A DNA stretch of 15,916 nt, taken from the NCBI GenBank assembly GCA_019894975.1, contig JAGXNO010000063.1:1-15916 (forward strand), written 5' to 3'. How positions within the stretch are numbered: position 1 is the stretch's first letter; each line of letters begins with the position of its first letter. Position numbers and translations under genes: made by a program. This DNA comes from Promethearchaeota archaeon. Its GTDB lineage: Archaea > Asgardarchaeota > Lokiarchaeia > Sigyniarchaeales > SOKP01. This document shows positions 7,689 through 15,916 of the stretch, piece by piece. The notes below the pieces were generated by a model. The model was not told where the DNA came from. It saw only the letters and a program-made list of their open reading frames with translations, and searched no databases.

Positions 7689-8276
7689 CTATTCTATTGA
7701 AGCATGTCTATTATCAATGTCAGCTTCAGTCACACCTAACTTATTCATCAAAACTCCGCCAATAGAATCTAATACTGCCAGGGTTGGGATATCAAATAAA
7801 CTTGTGTAGGGTGCGAGTGTTTCTTGAGAAAGCGCAAGGTTTTTACTTTTCCCTTTCACCCTAATAACAGTATCAGATATTTTTCCTATTGTACTTTTTG
7901 GATTGTTAGTTAATAAAATAAGTTTCCCTCCAATTGATTTTGCCTTATTTGCTATGGCAACTGTAGATGTTGTCTCTCCGCTTCCACTGATTAGAATTAA
8001 TAGATCTTGTTCTTTATATTGGTAAGTTACTGCATCTGAGATAAAACAGGATTTAATTCCTAAGTGCATTAGTCTTTGAGCAAAACTTCTCCCAATAAAT
8101 CCAGATCTCCCTGCACCATATATAAAAGTTATATTTTTAGCTTCGTGGATTTGTAATATTAAGCTGATTGCGTCTAATATTTCCTTAATATTTATAAGGT
8201 TTGCGTTTTCTTTTACTTGTTTAGCAATCTCCAGCATTGTATCAGAAAATCTACCTTTAAAATCATCATTTTTCAT
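7689..8276 (-). CDS. hxlB: 6-phospho-3-hexuloisomerase (SIS domain, RuMP pathway)
   Basis: FIYGAGRSGFIGRSFAQRLMHLG, DLLILISGSGET, LAPYTSLFD and C-terminal RHASIE match PHI/HxlB. Confidence 0.88.
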   Translation of the reverse strand: MKNDDFKGRFSDTMLEIAKQVKENANLINIKEILDAISLILQIHEAKNITFIYGAGRSGFIGRSFAQRLMHLGIKSCFISDAVTYQYKEQDLLILISGSGETTSTVAIANKAKSIGGKLILLTNNPKSTIGKISDTVIRVKGKSKNLALSQETLAPYTSLFDIPTLAVLDSIGGVLMNKLGVTEADIDNRHASIE

Positions 8277-8295
8277 TTTATCTTACTCTATTGAG

Positions 8296-9561
8296 TTATT
8301 CACTAAATTTTTCGGGATTAACACATTTTCTCCACTCTAAAACTGTTTCTTTTGGACCTAAACCTATAAGTAGATCTCCCGTTTGAAAAACAAAATCAGG
8401 ATTAAAACGGTAAATCCATTTAGCTTCTCTTTTCAAAGCAATAATATGGAACCCGCGTTTATAACGACTATCTTGTAATTCAATGTAAGTTTTTTCTTTA
8501 AAATAAGAATCTTCTGAAAGGGTTTCTCTCACAACTATTTCTGATGTTTCTCGAATAGCTTGTTGCAGAATACTATGGGGCTCAAATCCTTTAATTATGT
8601 TTTCTGCTATATGTGTTGCGGAATCTGCAATGAGTTCACAAGAAAAAACAATCCGCATAAGACCTGTTAGATCTCTTGGTGTTTCTACTAATCGCGCTAA
8701 ATCAAGAAGATCTTTTTCAAAAGCTAAGTTGAGACCATCCATTAATTCTTCCATTTCTAATATATCTTCAGCAAGTTCGTTATTATTAAGGAAAATAGCA
8801 GCTAAGGCTAATTCAATCATGGTTTCTGATATATCAGTAATTAAAATGTAATTTTTTTGGAGTTCCTCGACTTTTTCGCAAATATCTGTGTTTTCAAAAT
8901 CAATCATCAAATCAGTCTTTTCTTCACCGATGTCAAATGAGAAAGGTTCAGGATCATTACAAAGGATTTTAAGATCTATTATAGGTTGTATCTCTCCTTT
9001 TACAATTAAGATATCCTTTAACACAATCTTCTCATTTTTTTCAAATAACCATTCATCTCCTCTACGTATTGCAATTAAGTCGACTCCGTGCTTAGATCTA
9101 AAGTGAATATCGAGTCTTATTTGTCCTATAAAACTACATTCTCGGTTTACTACTATTTTAACGATAGGTTCAGGTACAAAACTAATATCACTAAACAACT
9201 GCACGAAATAAGATATGTCTTTATTGATATAAACAATTCGTGCTATATCACTCAATGCATCAGAGATTTTATCTATTGAATAACCCATAACCACTATGGG
9301 TTCGAGTTTTTTTGCGCCTTCTTGACCTCTAGGATGAGCTTGAATTATTTGAAAATTCAGTAAAAATGTGAGTTCATGGATTCTTTGCTCCATTTTATAA
9401 GCTTCATCAGCTAAATCTTTACTGCCGAATTTAATGGCACTATAAGCCAAATCAATCATGAAATCTATATTCTGTTTCATCTCCCTAATAATATCTTTTA
9501 GGGAAATAGGCTTATATTTAAATTTTTTACTCCGTTTTGACATTTTGTTGTGTTCACTCAT
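8296..9561 (-). CDS. Tandem (PhoU-like helical domain + TrkA-C/RCK_C) x2 regulatory protein
   Basis: Unit 1: FMIDLAYSA...DKISDALSDIA + GVDLIAIRRGDEW...DILIVKG. Unit 2: TMIELALAA...ELIADSATHIA + GFHIIALKREAKW...GDLLIGLG. No TM segments. Confidence 0.85.
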   Translation of the reverse strand: MSEHNKMSKRSKKFKYKPISLKDIIREMKQNIDFMIDLAYSAIKFGSKDLADEAYKMEQRIHELTFLLNFQIIQAHPRGQEGAKKLEPIVVMGYSIDKISDALSDIARIVYINKDISYFVQLFSDISFVPEPIVKIVVNRECSFIGQIRLDIHFRSKHGVDLIAIRRGDEWLFEKNEKIVLKDILIVKGEIQPIIDLKILCNDPEPFSFDIGEEKTDLMIDFENTDICEKVEELQKNYILITDISETMIELALAAIFLNNNELAEDILEMEELMDGLNLAFEKDLLDLARLVETPRDLTGLMRIVFSCELIADSATHIAENIIKGFEPHSILQQAIRETSEIVVRETLSEDSYFKEKTYIELQDSRYKRGFHIIALKREAKWIYRFNPDFVFQTGDLLIGLGPKETVLEWRKCVNPEKFSE

Positions 9562-9580
9562 TTTGCATATTTATTAGATT

Positions 9581-10132
9581 TTATATAAATATTGTTATAA
9601 ATAAAATAATGAATAAAGGGGTTAGAAAATCTGCTAGCGATGTAATAAAGGGTATAAGAAAATTATTTGGATCTGTACCACGTTTGAAGAGATAAATTGC
9701 ACTTAAAAATAATAAAATAAACATCATAAAGAATAATATTATAATTGTAAGAATCATGATTAAAATAATTAAAAATGGGTTTACCAATTTTACTCCAGAA
9801 ATTATTCCAACAGAAAATCCTGCAATTATTAAAAAACCCAAGCTTAATAAGAGAGTAAAAAAGAGACCGTAAAAGTCTTCCTTTAGTCTTTCAGATCTCT
9901 GGATTTTAGGTAAGATTGTACCTATATAAAGATGAGTGGTTAATCTTGATACCAAGACTGTCGAGATATCTCCTATCAGAGAGTTTAACGCAGGTAATAT
10001 TAATAGGAATATAGGGATGGTATAGAGAATCTCATCGTTAGAAGAAAGTAAAGTACCAGAAAATAGACCAAATATTGAGGATAAGATTACTATTATTATT
10101 GACTCCTTGAAAATTTTGATAAAATATTTCAT
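9581..10132 (-). CDS. MgtE-family integral membrane domain protein B (divalent cation transporter)
   Basis: About 5 TM; LPALNSLIGD (PX6GN-like) and DPNNFLIPFITSLAD motifs. The likely start is ATG 10132, overlapping the upstream stop (TAATG), rather than 10171. Confidence 0.85.
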   Translation of the reverse strand: MKYFIKIFKESIIIVILSSIFGLFSGTLLSSNDEILYTIPIFLLILPALNSLIGDISTVLVSRLTTHLYIGTILPKIQRSERLKEDFYGLFFTLLLSLGFLIIAGFSVGIISGVKLVNPFLIILIMILTIIILFFMMFILLFLSAIYLFKRGTDPNNFLIPFITSLADFLTPLFIILFITIFI

Positions 10133-10686
10133 TAAGGCACCCCCAACATTAGTAATGTTAAGAAGAAGCAAAATACAGTAAAAAAGTCGTCAATCGCAGT
10201 CATAACAGGATTTACAACATTATTTGGGTTCAGACCTCTTTTAAAAGCGAAATAGTTTAACCCTGTTGAACAAGGAATTGATATGCAAAGAGTAAGAATT
10301 ATTGATACTGATGGTATTGCAAAGTACTGCACAACTGTGAGTTCCGTCAAATTGAAAAACAAAAAATTCAACAAAATAGAGAAAATACCAATAATAACTG
10401 CTGTTATCATTGCTAACAGGAAAGTAGCAAGAGTATTTTCGATCCAAGACCTTTTGGAAAAATTTCCAATAATGAGATCGCGAGAAGTCCTTGCAATAAA
10501 AGGACCACTTAGATTTCCTCTTAATGAAAGGAGTGCTGGAATGATTAGAATAAGGGCAATAAAGGAATCAAAAGGGATAATTAAAAGAGAAAGAATAATG
10601 CCCGCTAAAATATCTCCAATAATAGAAACGGATTCTGATGGGAAGGTTTCCTTAATAATTTTACCTTTAGTATCTTGCATTTCCAT
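10132..10686 (-). CDS. MgtE-family integral membrane domain protein A (divalent cation transporter)
   Basis: About 5 TM; IPALLSLRGN (PX6GN) and NPNNVVNPVMTAIDD motifs; no N or CBS domains. Confidence 0.87.
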   Translation of the reverse strand: MEMQDTKGKIIKETFPSESVSIIGDILAGIILSLLIIPFDSFIALILIIPALLSLRGNLSGPFIARTSRDLIIGNFSKRSWIENTLATFLLAMITAVIIGIFSILLNFLFFNLTELTVVQYFAIPSVSIILTLCISIPCSTGLNYFAFKRGLNPNNVVNPVMTAIDDFFTVFCFFLTLLMLGVP

Positions 10687-10844
10687 ATTTATACTAATAG
10701 TAAATTATTCCCATAAATAAATCCATTCCTAATAACATTAACACCAAATTCAATGATATTAAAACAAATTTTATTTGAAAAAGACAATTTCTAATTATAT
10801 TTTAGTTTAACCACTATCATTAAATTAATGAGAGAAATTATAAT

Positions 10845-12497
10845 TTGAGCCTCTGGAAGATCATTGCAAAAAATGAAATTCGGTTAAAAACAAATAGAGT
10901 AAGAAACCATCGAAAATTATTTTTTGTTTTAGTTTTTGTGATATTTCTGTTTTGGGCAATTTATCTCGGTCCTGCATTATTTGATGCCATTATTCCTGAA
11001 ATTATCAAAAATTTTTCTGATATGGTTGTTCCAATCCTTTCAACGTTAATTGAGTATTCATTTATGATAATGTTTATAACGTATATTATGTATCCGATTC
11101 TCATGCTCTATAGAAAAGCTGAAATAGGATATAAAGATATTTTACTTTCGACTCCTGCGACTCCTGGAGATTTGTTTGTTGGTGAATTTTTGGGACAAAT
11201 GCCATTTTATTTCTTATTTATATTAGGGATGGGACCCTTAGTAAATAGTATAATGCTCCAAATCAATCCTAGCTTGACCATAATTCATCACTTTATCTTA
11301 TATGTTGTCATTTTTATATTACTTATTTTTGGTTTATTGATTGGAACAATTATAGCTAGTTGGATCGAGCATAAAATGATAAGGAAAAAAAAGAAAAAGG
11401 AATTAAATTATTCGCTACTTCTGTTGATATCCTTTCTCCTTATTCTTATGTTTTATATTTTTCATTTTTTATTCGATCTTATTGAAGATAATCCCGATCT
11501 AAAGGTATGGATGGTGTTTTATCCTTCGTATTGGTATTCTAATATTCTTTTATACCTTATTAATCCAGTTTTAGTTGAACCTTATATAATAAACATTTGG
11601 ATAAGTACGATAGTTGCCTTCACTATTCCAATCATTCTATTCTATATCGCGTATAAAAAAGCATATAAATTTTATATAATAGAAGATTACATTAGGGGGA
11701 GCGTAATTAAAATAAAATACAAGTCTAGATTCTATTCGTTTTTAGAAAGAATTACTCCACAAAATTATAAAATACTAGTAGTCATACAATTCAAAGATTT
11801 CTTTCGAAAGAAAGAAAATATCCCTAAATTGCTCTATATAACAGGATTTACAGCAATCTTAGGTTTAATAATATATCTCTCCCTCGATATACCTCTCTTA
11901 GAATATGAGGGATTTATTGTCATTTCTACTTTTGTATTTCGAATTTCTTACTTTAAGTATTTATTAATGATGGTTATATCATGGATCGGGGGACTCTTTT
12001 TTGGAATTTTTATGGGAATATATGTATTAATCAGTTCGAAAAATGTAGTCTTTCTCTATAAAAAATCTGTAAGAGGAATTAAGACACTTATATTTTCTTT
12101 TTTTTTTGAAATGTTTTATATTATCATCTTCTTGGACATCATTTTAACCATTTTTTTTACTATTCTATTTCCATTAGATTTCTTCGCCGCTTGTACTTTT
12201 TTTCTTTTCTATTTAATAAATACCTTTATTGTACTTATACATGCCATCGGGATTCAATGTATAAAACCCTTATTTGATGAGAGGGGAAAAAATGTATATT
12301 TCAATATATATCTCATCATTCTCATACAGGTTATTTCCTTGTTTATTGCCGTTTCACTAATTATGCCCAACATTCCTTTTACAATTGATCACTCACTTGG
12401 ATTAATATATATTCTGTTAATAAATACAGGAATATCTCTTGGATTTGCTATTTTACTCCTTCTTTTAGGTGTCCGAAAGTTAAATAGAATTGAATAA
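10845..12497 (+). CDS. Polytopic membrane protein, ABC-2-type exporter permease-like (apparently two fused halves)
   Basis: TTG start; about 12 or more TM. Amphipathic LWKIIAKNEIRL start, ILLSTPATPGDLFVGEF coupling-helix-like motif, second half starting at IQFKDFFRKKEN. Confidence 0.65.
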   Translation: MSLWKIIAKNEIRLKTNRVRNHRKLFFVLVFVIFLFWAIYLGPALFDAIIPEIIKNFSDMVVPILSTLIEYSFMIMFITYIMYPILMLYRKAEIGYKDILLSTPATPGDLFVGEFLGQMPFYFLFILGMGPLVNSIMLQINPSLTIIHHFILYVVIFILLIFGLLIGTIIASWIEHKMIRKKKKKELNYSLLLLISFLLILMFYIFHFLFDLIEDNPDLKVWMVFYPSYWYSNILLYLINPVLVEPYIINIWISTIVAFTIPIILFYIAYKKAYKFYIIEDYIRGSVIKIKYKSRFYSFLERITPQNYKILVVIQFKDFFRKKENIPKLLYITGFTAILGLIIYLSLDIPLLEYEGFIVISTFVFRISYFKYLLMMVISWIGGLFFGIFMGIYVLISSKNVVFLYKKSVRGIKTLIFSFFFEMFYIIIFLDIILTIFFTILFPLDFFAACTFFLFYLINTFIVLIHAIGIQCIKPLFDERGKNVYFNIYLIILIQVISLFIAVSLIMPNIPFTIDHSLGLIYILLINTGISLGFAILLLLLGVRKLNRIE

Positions 12498-12499
12498 TA

Positions 12500-12772
12500 T
12501 TATTCAGGATTTTTCTTCGAACTAGTATATTTCAGAAATTGTAGGATCCCATAGAAAAAGAGGGGAACACATACCACCAGCAAACCAAAAGGATTGAAAA
12601 ATACGAATTCGATCGTATCTATTAGAATCTCTATTGGATCCATAAAAAACAATAGGACTAAAACGTATATTAAAACAACTGTCCCAAAGATCATAAAAAA
12701 AATATCTGCTTTTATGCCCCAAAGAAAAGCTATTAAAAACAGTAAAAAGACCAGGGAATCTTCAAAATTCAT
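12500..12772 (-). CDS. Small hypothetical membrane protein (2-3 TM)
   Basis: 90-aa ATG ORF filling the gap between annotated genes; very hydrophobic with a charged C-tail; stop abuts the convergent permease stop. Confidence 0.55.
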   Translation of the reverse strand: MNFEDSLVFLLFLIAFLWGIKADIFFMIFGTVVLIYVLVLLFFMDPIEILIDTIEFVFFNPFGLLVVCVPLFFYGILQFLKYTSSKKNPE

Positions 12773-12828
12773 AAATCTGAATAAGAAAGTTTAATCTAAT
12801 TTTTAATCGAGGTTAATAAAAAGAAATT

Positions 12829-12843
12829 AAAAAATAAAAAAAA
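12829..12843 (-). terminator. Putative oligo-T terminator of the surface protein gene
   Basis: Minus strand T8-A-T6 beginning 17 nt after the stop at 12861. Confidence 0.4.
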
Positions 12844-12860
12844 GATTTAGATTATAATAA

Positions 12861-13766
12861 TTATATTATATGTTTTTTCCTCTTTATAACGGAAACTACT
12901 CCAAGGATTGTCGCAGCACTTACTCCCACGAAAACTGGAATTACAAAACCAGGAATTTCAGCATCTGCAGGAAGTAATTGTAAGCTAAAAAGTGTCAGTC
13001 CTAAGTAGGATACGGAAACCAAATCTAAAACACCATTACTATTCCAAGTAGCTATACAATTTATATCCGAAAATGTTGGTAGTGGAAGAGGAATCCCAGA
13101 TTGAGTAAATCCCCATTCTAGAAAAGATGCTAAGAGGGTTATGTTAAATCCGTTTGAAAGTCCTGATAGGGTCATATTATTATAGAGAGGAGGCAAACTA
13201 CCAAAAGCTGCACTCATCCATGGTGCCACGGTAAGAAATGGAAATCCTTTTGCCATTATTAAAGGTACCATTCCACTACCACCACCAGCTAGAAAATACA
13301 TAAAATTAGTGGAATTAATATTGGCAGGATCCATTACTACGGCGACAGGTGATGAGAGAGGATTGAGAGGACCCCACGTTCCTGGTTCGAACGCCACAGA
13401 GATTTGACCAAAAACAGCTGCTCCTGGAAAAGCGGGATGAGGTAGGGGGAGAGGAACCATTCCTTCGTCGGTTACATTATGAACTTGTAATCTGAACGCA
13501 GTACCGAGAAAATCGCCTATGTTAAGTCCGGTGCTATTCCACACCAATTCATCTAGCATATCGTAAACTAAAGTCCAATTATCTTGTCCAAGTATAGAAA
13601 TTGCTGTTACATTAACATTTGCCATATTTGCTGAGACGACCCAAGTATACGTCTGTCCACCACTTACACCTACGTAATCTGGAGGAGCTGCTCTTGATAC
13701 GTTTGCGAAAGAGAAAATCAATAGTGTGCTTAATAAAGATAAACCTATAATTTTACTTTTCTTCAT
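12861..13766 (-). CDS. Secreted, C-terminally anchored surface glycoprotein with Loki-CTERM-type sorting signal
   Basis: Signal peptide MKKSKIIGLSLLSTLLIFSFANVSRA; 7 N-x-S/T sequons in the mature part; C-terminal EIPGF + TM helix + KRKKH. Confidence 0.85.
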   Translation of the reverse strand: MKKSKIIGLSLLSTLLIFSFANVSRAAPPDYVGVSGGQTYTWVVSANMANVNVTAISILGQDNWTLVYDMLDELVWNSTGLNIGDFLGTAFRLQVHNVTDEGMVPLPLPHPAFPGAAVFGQISVAFEPGTWGPLNPLSSPVAVVMDPANINSTNFMYFLAGGGSGMVPLIMAKGFPFLTVAPWMSAAFGSLPPLYNNMTLSGLSNGFNITLLASFLEWGFTQSGIPLPLPTFSDINCIATWNSNGVLDLVSVSYLGLTLFSLQLLPADAEIPGFVIPVFVGVSAATILGVVSVIKRKKHII

Positions 13767-13983
13767 ATTTAATCATTAATTTTTTCAAATTGGTATCTAT
13801 AGATTAGATAAATGTTATTATAATTATCTTAATTCTCTTATTTAAATATATCAATAAAATAAATTTTCAATACATCTCATTTTTTCCTTACTATCGTTCA
13901 TTTGTAGGTAGCAATTGGTACTTTCTCGGATTAGAATATAACTATAATTTTTAAATTGGATTTTGTGCTAGTTATATAGTAAT

Positions 13984-14685
13984 ATGAGATTTCAAAAATA
14001 TGAAACTCGATTCCAAGCTGGAGAATTTTTAGCAAAATATATTGAAGATACTGAACATCAACTTTCTGACTTAATTCTGAAAAATCCTTCTAACTATTTT
14101 TGTTATGCTATCCCAAATGGTGGAGTTCCTGTCACAGATGGATTTTGTACCCATTTTAATCTGAAATTTGATATTTTAATTGTCCGAAAAATCAAAATAC
14201 CATATAATACTGAAGCGGGTTTCGGTTCTGTTACAACTGATGGTTCTGTTTTAATGAATCAATCTCTTCTCTCTCAATTAAACCTGTCAGAGAAGGCGAT
14301 TAGCGACTCAATTGAATTAACCAAAAGCGAAATCAGAGACAGACTGCAGTTCTATAATAAAGGCATAAAATTAGAAGGATTTTATGAGGAACACATTAAA
14401 CAAAAAGGTATCTTCATTCTTGATGATGGATTAGCTTCTGGATTTACAATGCTAGCAGCTATAAAGATGATCAAGAAATATAGCCCAGATAAAATCTATG
14501 TTGCAGTTCCAACGGCCCCATTAAGAACGGTTAGAGTTATCCAACCTGAGGTTGATAAAATTTTTTGCCCAAATATAAGAGAAGTAACGTGGTTTGCAGT
14601 GGCTGATGCTTATAGAAACTGGTACGATCTAACAGAAGCAGAAGTACAAAAAATCCTTACCGCTTCAAAATTTTATATAAAATAG
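13984..14685 (+). CDS. Type I phosphoribosyltransferase (COG1926-like)
   Basis: AIPNGGVPV, VRKIKIPYNTEAGFG, PRPP-binding loop ILDDGLASGFTM, VAVPTAP, AVADAYRNWYDL. Confidence 0.9.
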   Translation: MRFQKYETRFQAGEFLAKYIEDTEHQLSDLILKNPSNYFCYAIPNGGVPVTDGFCTHFNLKFDILIVRKIKIPYNTEAGFGSVTTDGSVLMNQSLLSQLNLSEKAISDSIELTKSEIRDRLQFYNKGIKLEGFYEEHIKQKGIFILDDGLASGFTMLAAIKMIKKYSPDKIYVAVPTAPLRTVRVIQPEVDKIFCPNIREVTWFAVADAYRNWYDLTEAEVQKILTASKFYIK

Positions 14686-14743
14686 ATTGAAAAGTATGAT
14701 TCTGAAGATGTCAGATTAATTCTTAAAATATTAAAAGAAAAGT

Positions 14744-14752
14744 AAAAAAAAA
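14744..14752 (-). terminator. Putative oligo-T terminator
   Basis: T9 on the minus strand starting 6 nt after the stop at 14759. Confidence 0.35.
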
Positions 14753-14758
14753 TAATAT

Positions 14759-15025
14759 CTAGGCACTTATAAGACGAAATAGAAGACTTGCATGTGGAAT
14801 ATAGAACTCATCCTTACGCTTTATAACAACAGTGTGAAAATATTCAGCAAGTCCTAGGAACCCACGAATTACTGACTCATCTTCCTCAAACTTAAAAATA
14901 ACTGTTGCTACAGCAGCCCCTGTGCTAAATTTAACAGTATCATATACTCTTTCATCGATCAAAGGAATCTTTAATTCATTGACAATTTCGTAAACTCTTT
15001 TTATGAAAAGTTCTCTTTTAGGCAT
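14759..15025 (-). CDS. Small hypothetical soluble protein (88 aa)
   Basis: ATG at 15025 (MPKRELFIKRVYEIVNELK...); globular alpha/beta-like composition; the track start at 15034 is a TTG alternative. Confidence 0.7.
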   Translation of the reverse strand: MPKRELFIKRVYEIVNELKIPLIDERVYDTVKFSTGAAVATVIFKFEEDESVIRGFLGLAEYFHTVVIKRKDEFYIPHASLLFRLISA

Positions 15026-15300
15026 TTTAATCAACTTTTTTAGAATAATTCAATTCAGAAGAATTTTTTAAAGGATTGAATTTTTTAATGATTTTAATGA
15101 TATATTATATTATTAGCTTTTTTAATAATTAACGTTTTTTGAGAAATATAGAATGATATGGAGATAAGATTCACTAATAGATGTCAATAAAAATATAAAT
15201 ACATAAAATATGTATTATATATAATTTAAGTATAAAAGTTATTACTAGTAATATAAAAAATATTCTAATTTTCTATAATAACAGAGGAATTGAGTAGAAC

Positions 15301-15916
15301 GTGGTTTCAAAAGAACAGAAAAAAATCGAACGCGTCATAAATTTTATGAAGAAGGGTTTAACTTCTTTATCTGATGATCTCGAAGATACAGTTAAAGGAA
15401 TTAATGATTTCATCAAATCTCTGGCAAAAGCTCAGAAAGATTTGAAGGAAGTAACCGTTGGTGAAGAAGTTCAAACAGTCAGCACTTCCTCGAAAAAGAT
15501 CGTAGCATCCTCAACTGGTGAAGCAAAAACAGCAGCGGCTAGTACCTTATTTACTTTATTAAGCGGTGGTGGACAACCCGCAACAGCACATGCAACACCG
15601 GGAGCTCCACCTGTATCTGCAGCACCGGCACCACCCAGTGCTGGTGGACCACCAAAAGCACCACCTAGTGTCGGGGGACCACCAAAAGCACCACCCAGTG
15701 GAGGTGGGCCTCCCAAAGCACCTCCTTCTGGAGGAGGACCCCCTAAAAGACCAAATTTACCTCCAGCACCAAAATTACCACCAAGCGGTGGAGCGCCACC
15801 TCAAGCACCTGGTGCACCACCTAAAGCCCCTGCTTTTGCTAAAAGACCAGCGACACCTGGTGCACCACCTAGTGGACCTCCGAAAGCGCCAGGAGCACCT
15901 GCAGCAGCTCCAGCAC
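15301..15916 (+). CDS. Proline-rich protein with N-terminal helical/coiled-coil segment; runs off the right edge
   Basis: Manual translation, open from GTG 15301 (in-frame TAG at 15295; GAGG upstream): MVSKEQKKIERVINFMKKGLTSLSDDLEDTVKGINDFIKSLAKAQKDLKEVTVGEEVQTVSTSSKKIVASSTGEAKTAAASTLFTLLSGGGQPATAHATPGAPPVSAAPAPPSAGGPPKAPPSVGGPPKAPPSGGGPPKAPPSGGGPPKRPNLPPAPKLPPSGGAPPQAPGAPPKAPAFAKRPATPGAPPSGPPKAPGAPAAAPA... Confidence 0.88.
   Translation, partial: MVSKEQKKIERVINFMKKGLTSLSDDLEDTVKGINDFIKSLAKAQKDLKEVTVGEEVQTVSTSSKKIVASSTGEAKTAAASTLFTLLSGGGQPATAHATPGAPPVSAAPAPPSAGGPPKAPPSVGGPPKAPPSGGGPPKAPPSGGGPPKRPNLPPAPKLPPSGGAPPQAPGAPPKAPAFAKRPATPGAPPSGPPKAPGAPAAAPA
15628..15747 (+). repeat. Four tandem 30-bp coding repeats (APPS[A/V/G]GGPPK)
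   Basis: Units at 15628, 15658, 15688 and 15718; differences are mainly synonymous; a degenerate fifth unit LPPSGGAPPQ lies at 15775-15804. Confidence 0.92.

Noticed and set aside
4118-8276. aor + nfo + hxlB as a formaldehyde-detoxification module
   Set aside because: Opposite strands, no hxlA, unknown AOR substrate; archaeal PHI usually serves pentose synthesis.
10133-10171. 13-aa N-terminal extension of MgtE-B given in the track
   Set aside because: The ATG at 10132 forms a TAATG overlap and gives 183 aa, matching the 184-aa partner.
8597-10720. ORFs 8597-8851, 8888-9106, 9088-9279, 10241-10447 and 10283-10720
   Set aside because: Antisense or off-frame shadows of the PhoU/TrkA-C and MgtE genes.
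12522-12794. Alternative 66-aa ORFs 12522-12722 and 12594-12794
   Set aside because: They overlap the longer, coherent 90-aa membrane ORF and have no independent support.
15471-15716. 81-aa Gly/Pro-rich minus-strand ORF in the track
   Set aside because: Antisense shadow of the longer plus-strand Pro-rich CDS starting at 15301.
15628-15747. 30-bp repeats as a CRISPR array, or the local GC rise as foreign DNA
   Set aside because: The units are contiguous with no spacers and vary at codon third positions; the high GC follows from Pro/Gly/Ala codons.

Overview
AT-rich archaeal genomic window, most consistent with an Asgard archaeon of the Lokiarchaeia (Promethearchaeia). This rests on a C-terminal IPGF+TM+basic Loki-CTERM-type anchor, two TFB paralogues with unusual zinc knuckles and archaeal TTTAAATA promoters; the assignment is inferred, not searched. 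Left to right: 3'-truncated P-type ATPase (absent from the ORF track), divergent TFB-like protein, 4-TM membrane protein, near-canonical TFB, AOR-family oxidoreductase, endonuclease IV, then a minus-strand cluster (in transcription order: two MgtE-domain genes, tandem PhoU/TrkA-C protein, hxlB, two SET-domain genes), an ABC-2-type permease, a small membrane protein, a Loki-CTERM surface glycoprotein, a phosphoribosyltransferase, an 88-aa hypothetical protein and a 3'-truncated Pro/Gly/Ala-rich protein with 30-bp repeats (also absent from the track). No RNA genes, CRISPR arrays or mobile elements are supported. Highlights: the P2-type ATPase has M4 TNVLPINLP, lacking the ion-binding Glu and resembling the NxxPISL motif of P4 lipid flippases; the Pro-rich scaffold-like protein; the paired SET methyltransferases; and the divergent TFB.
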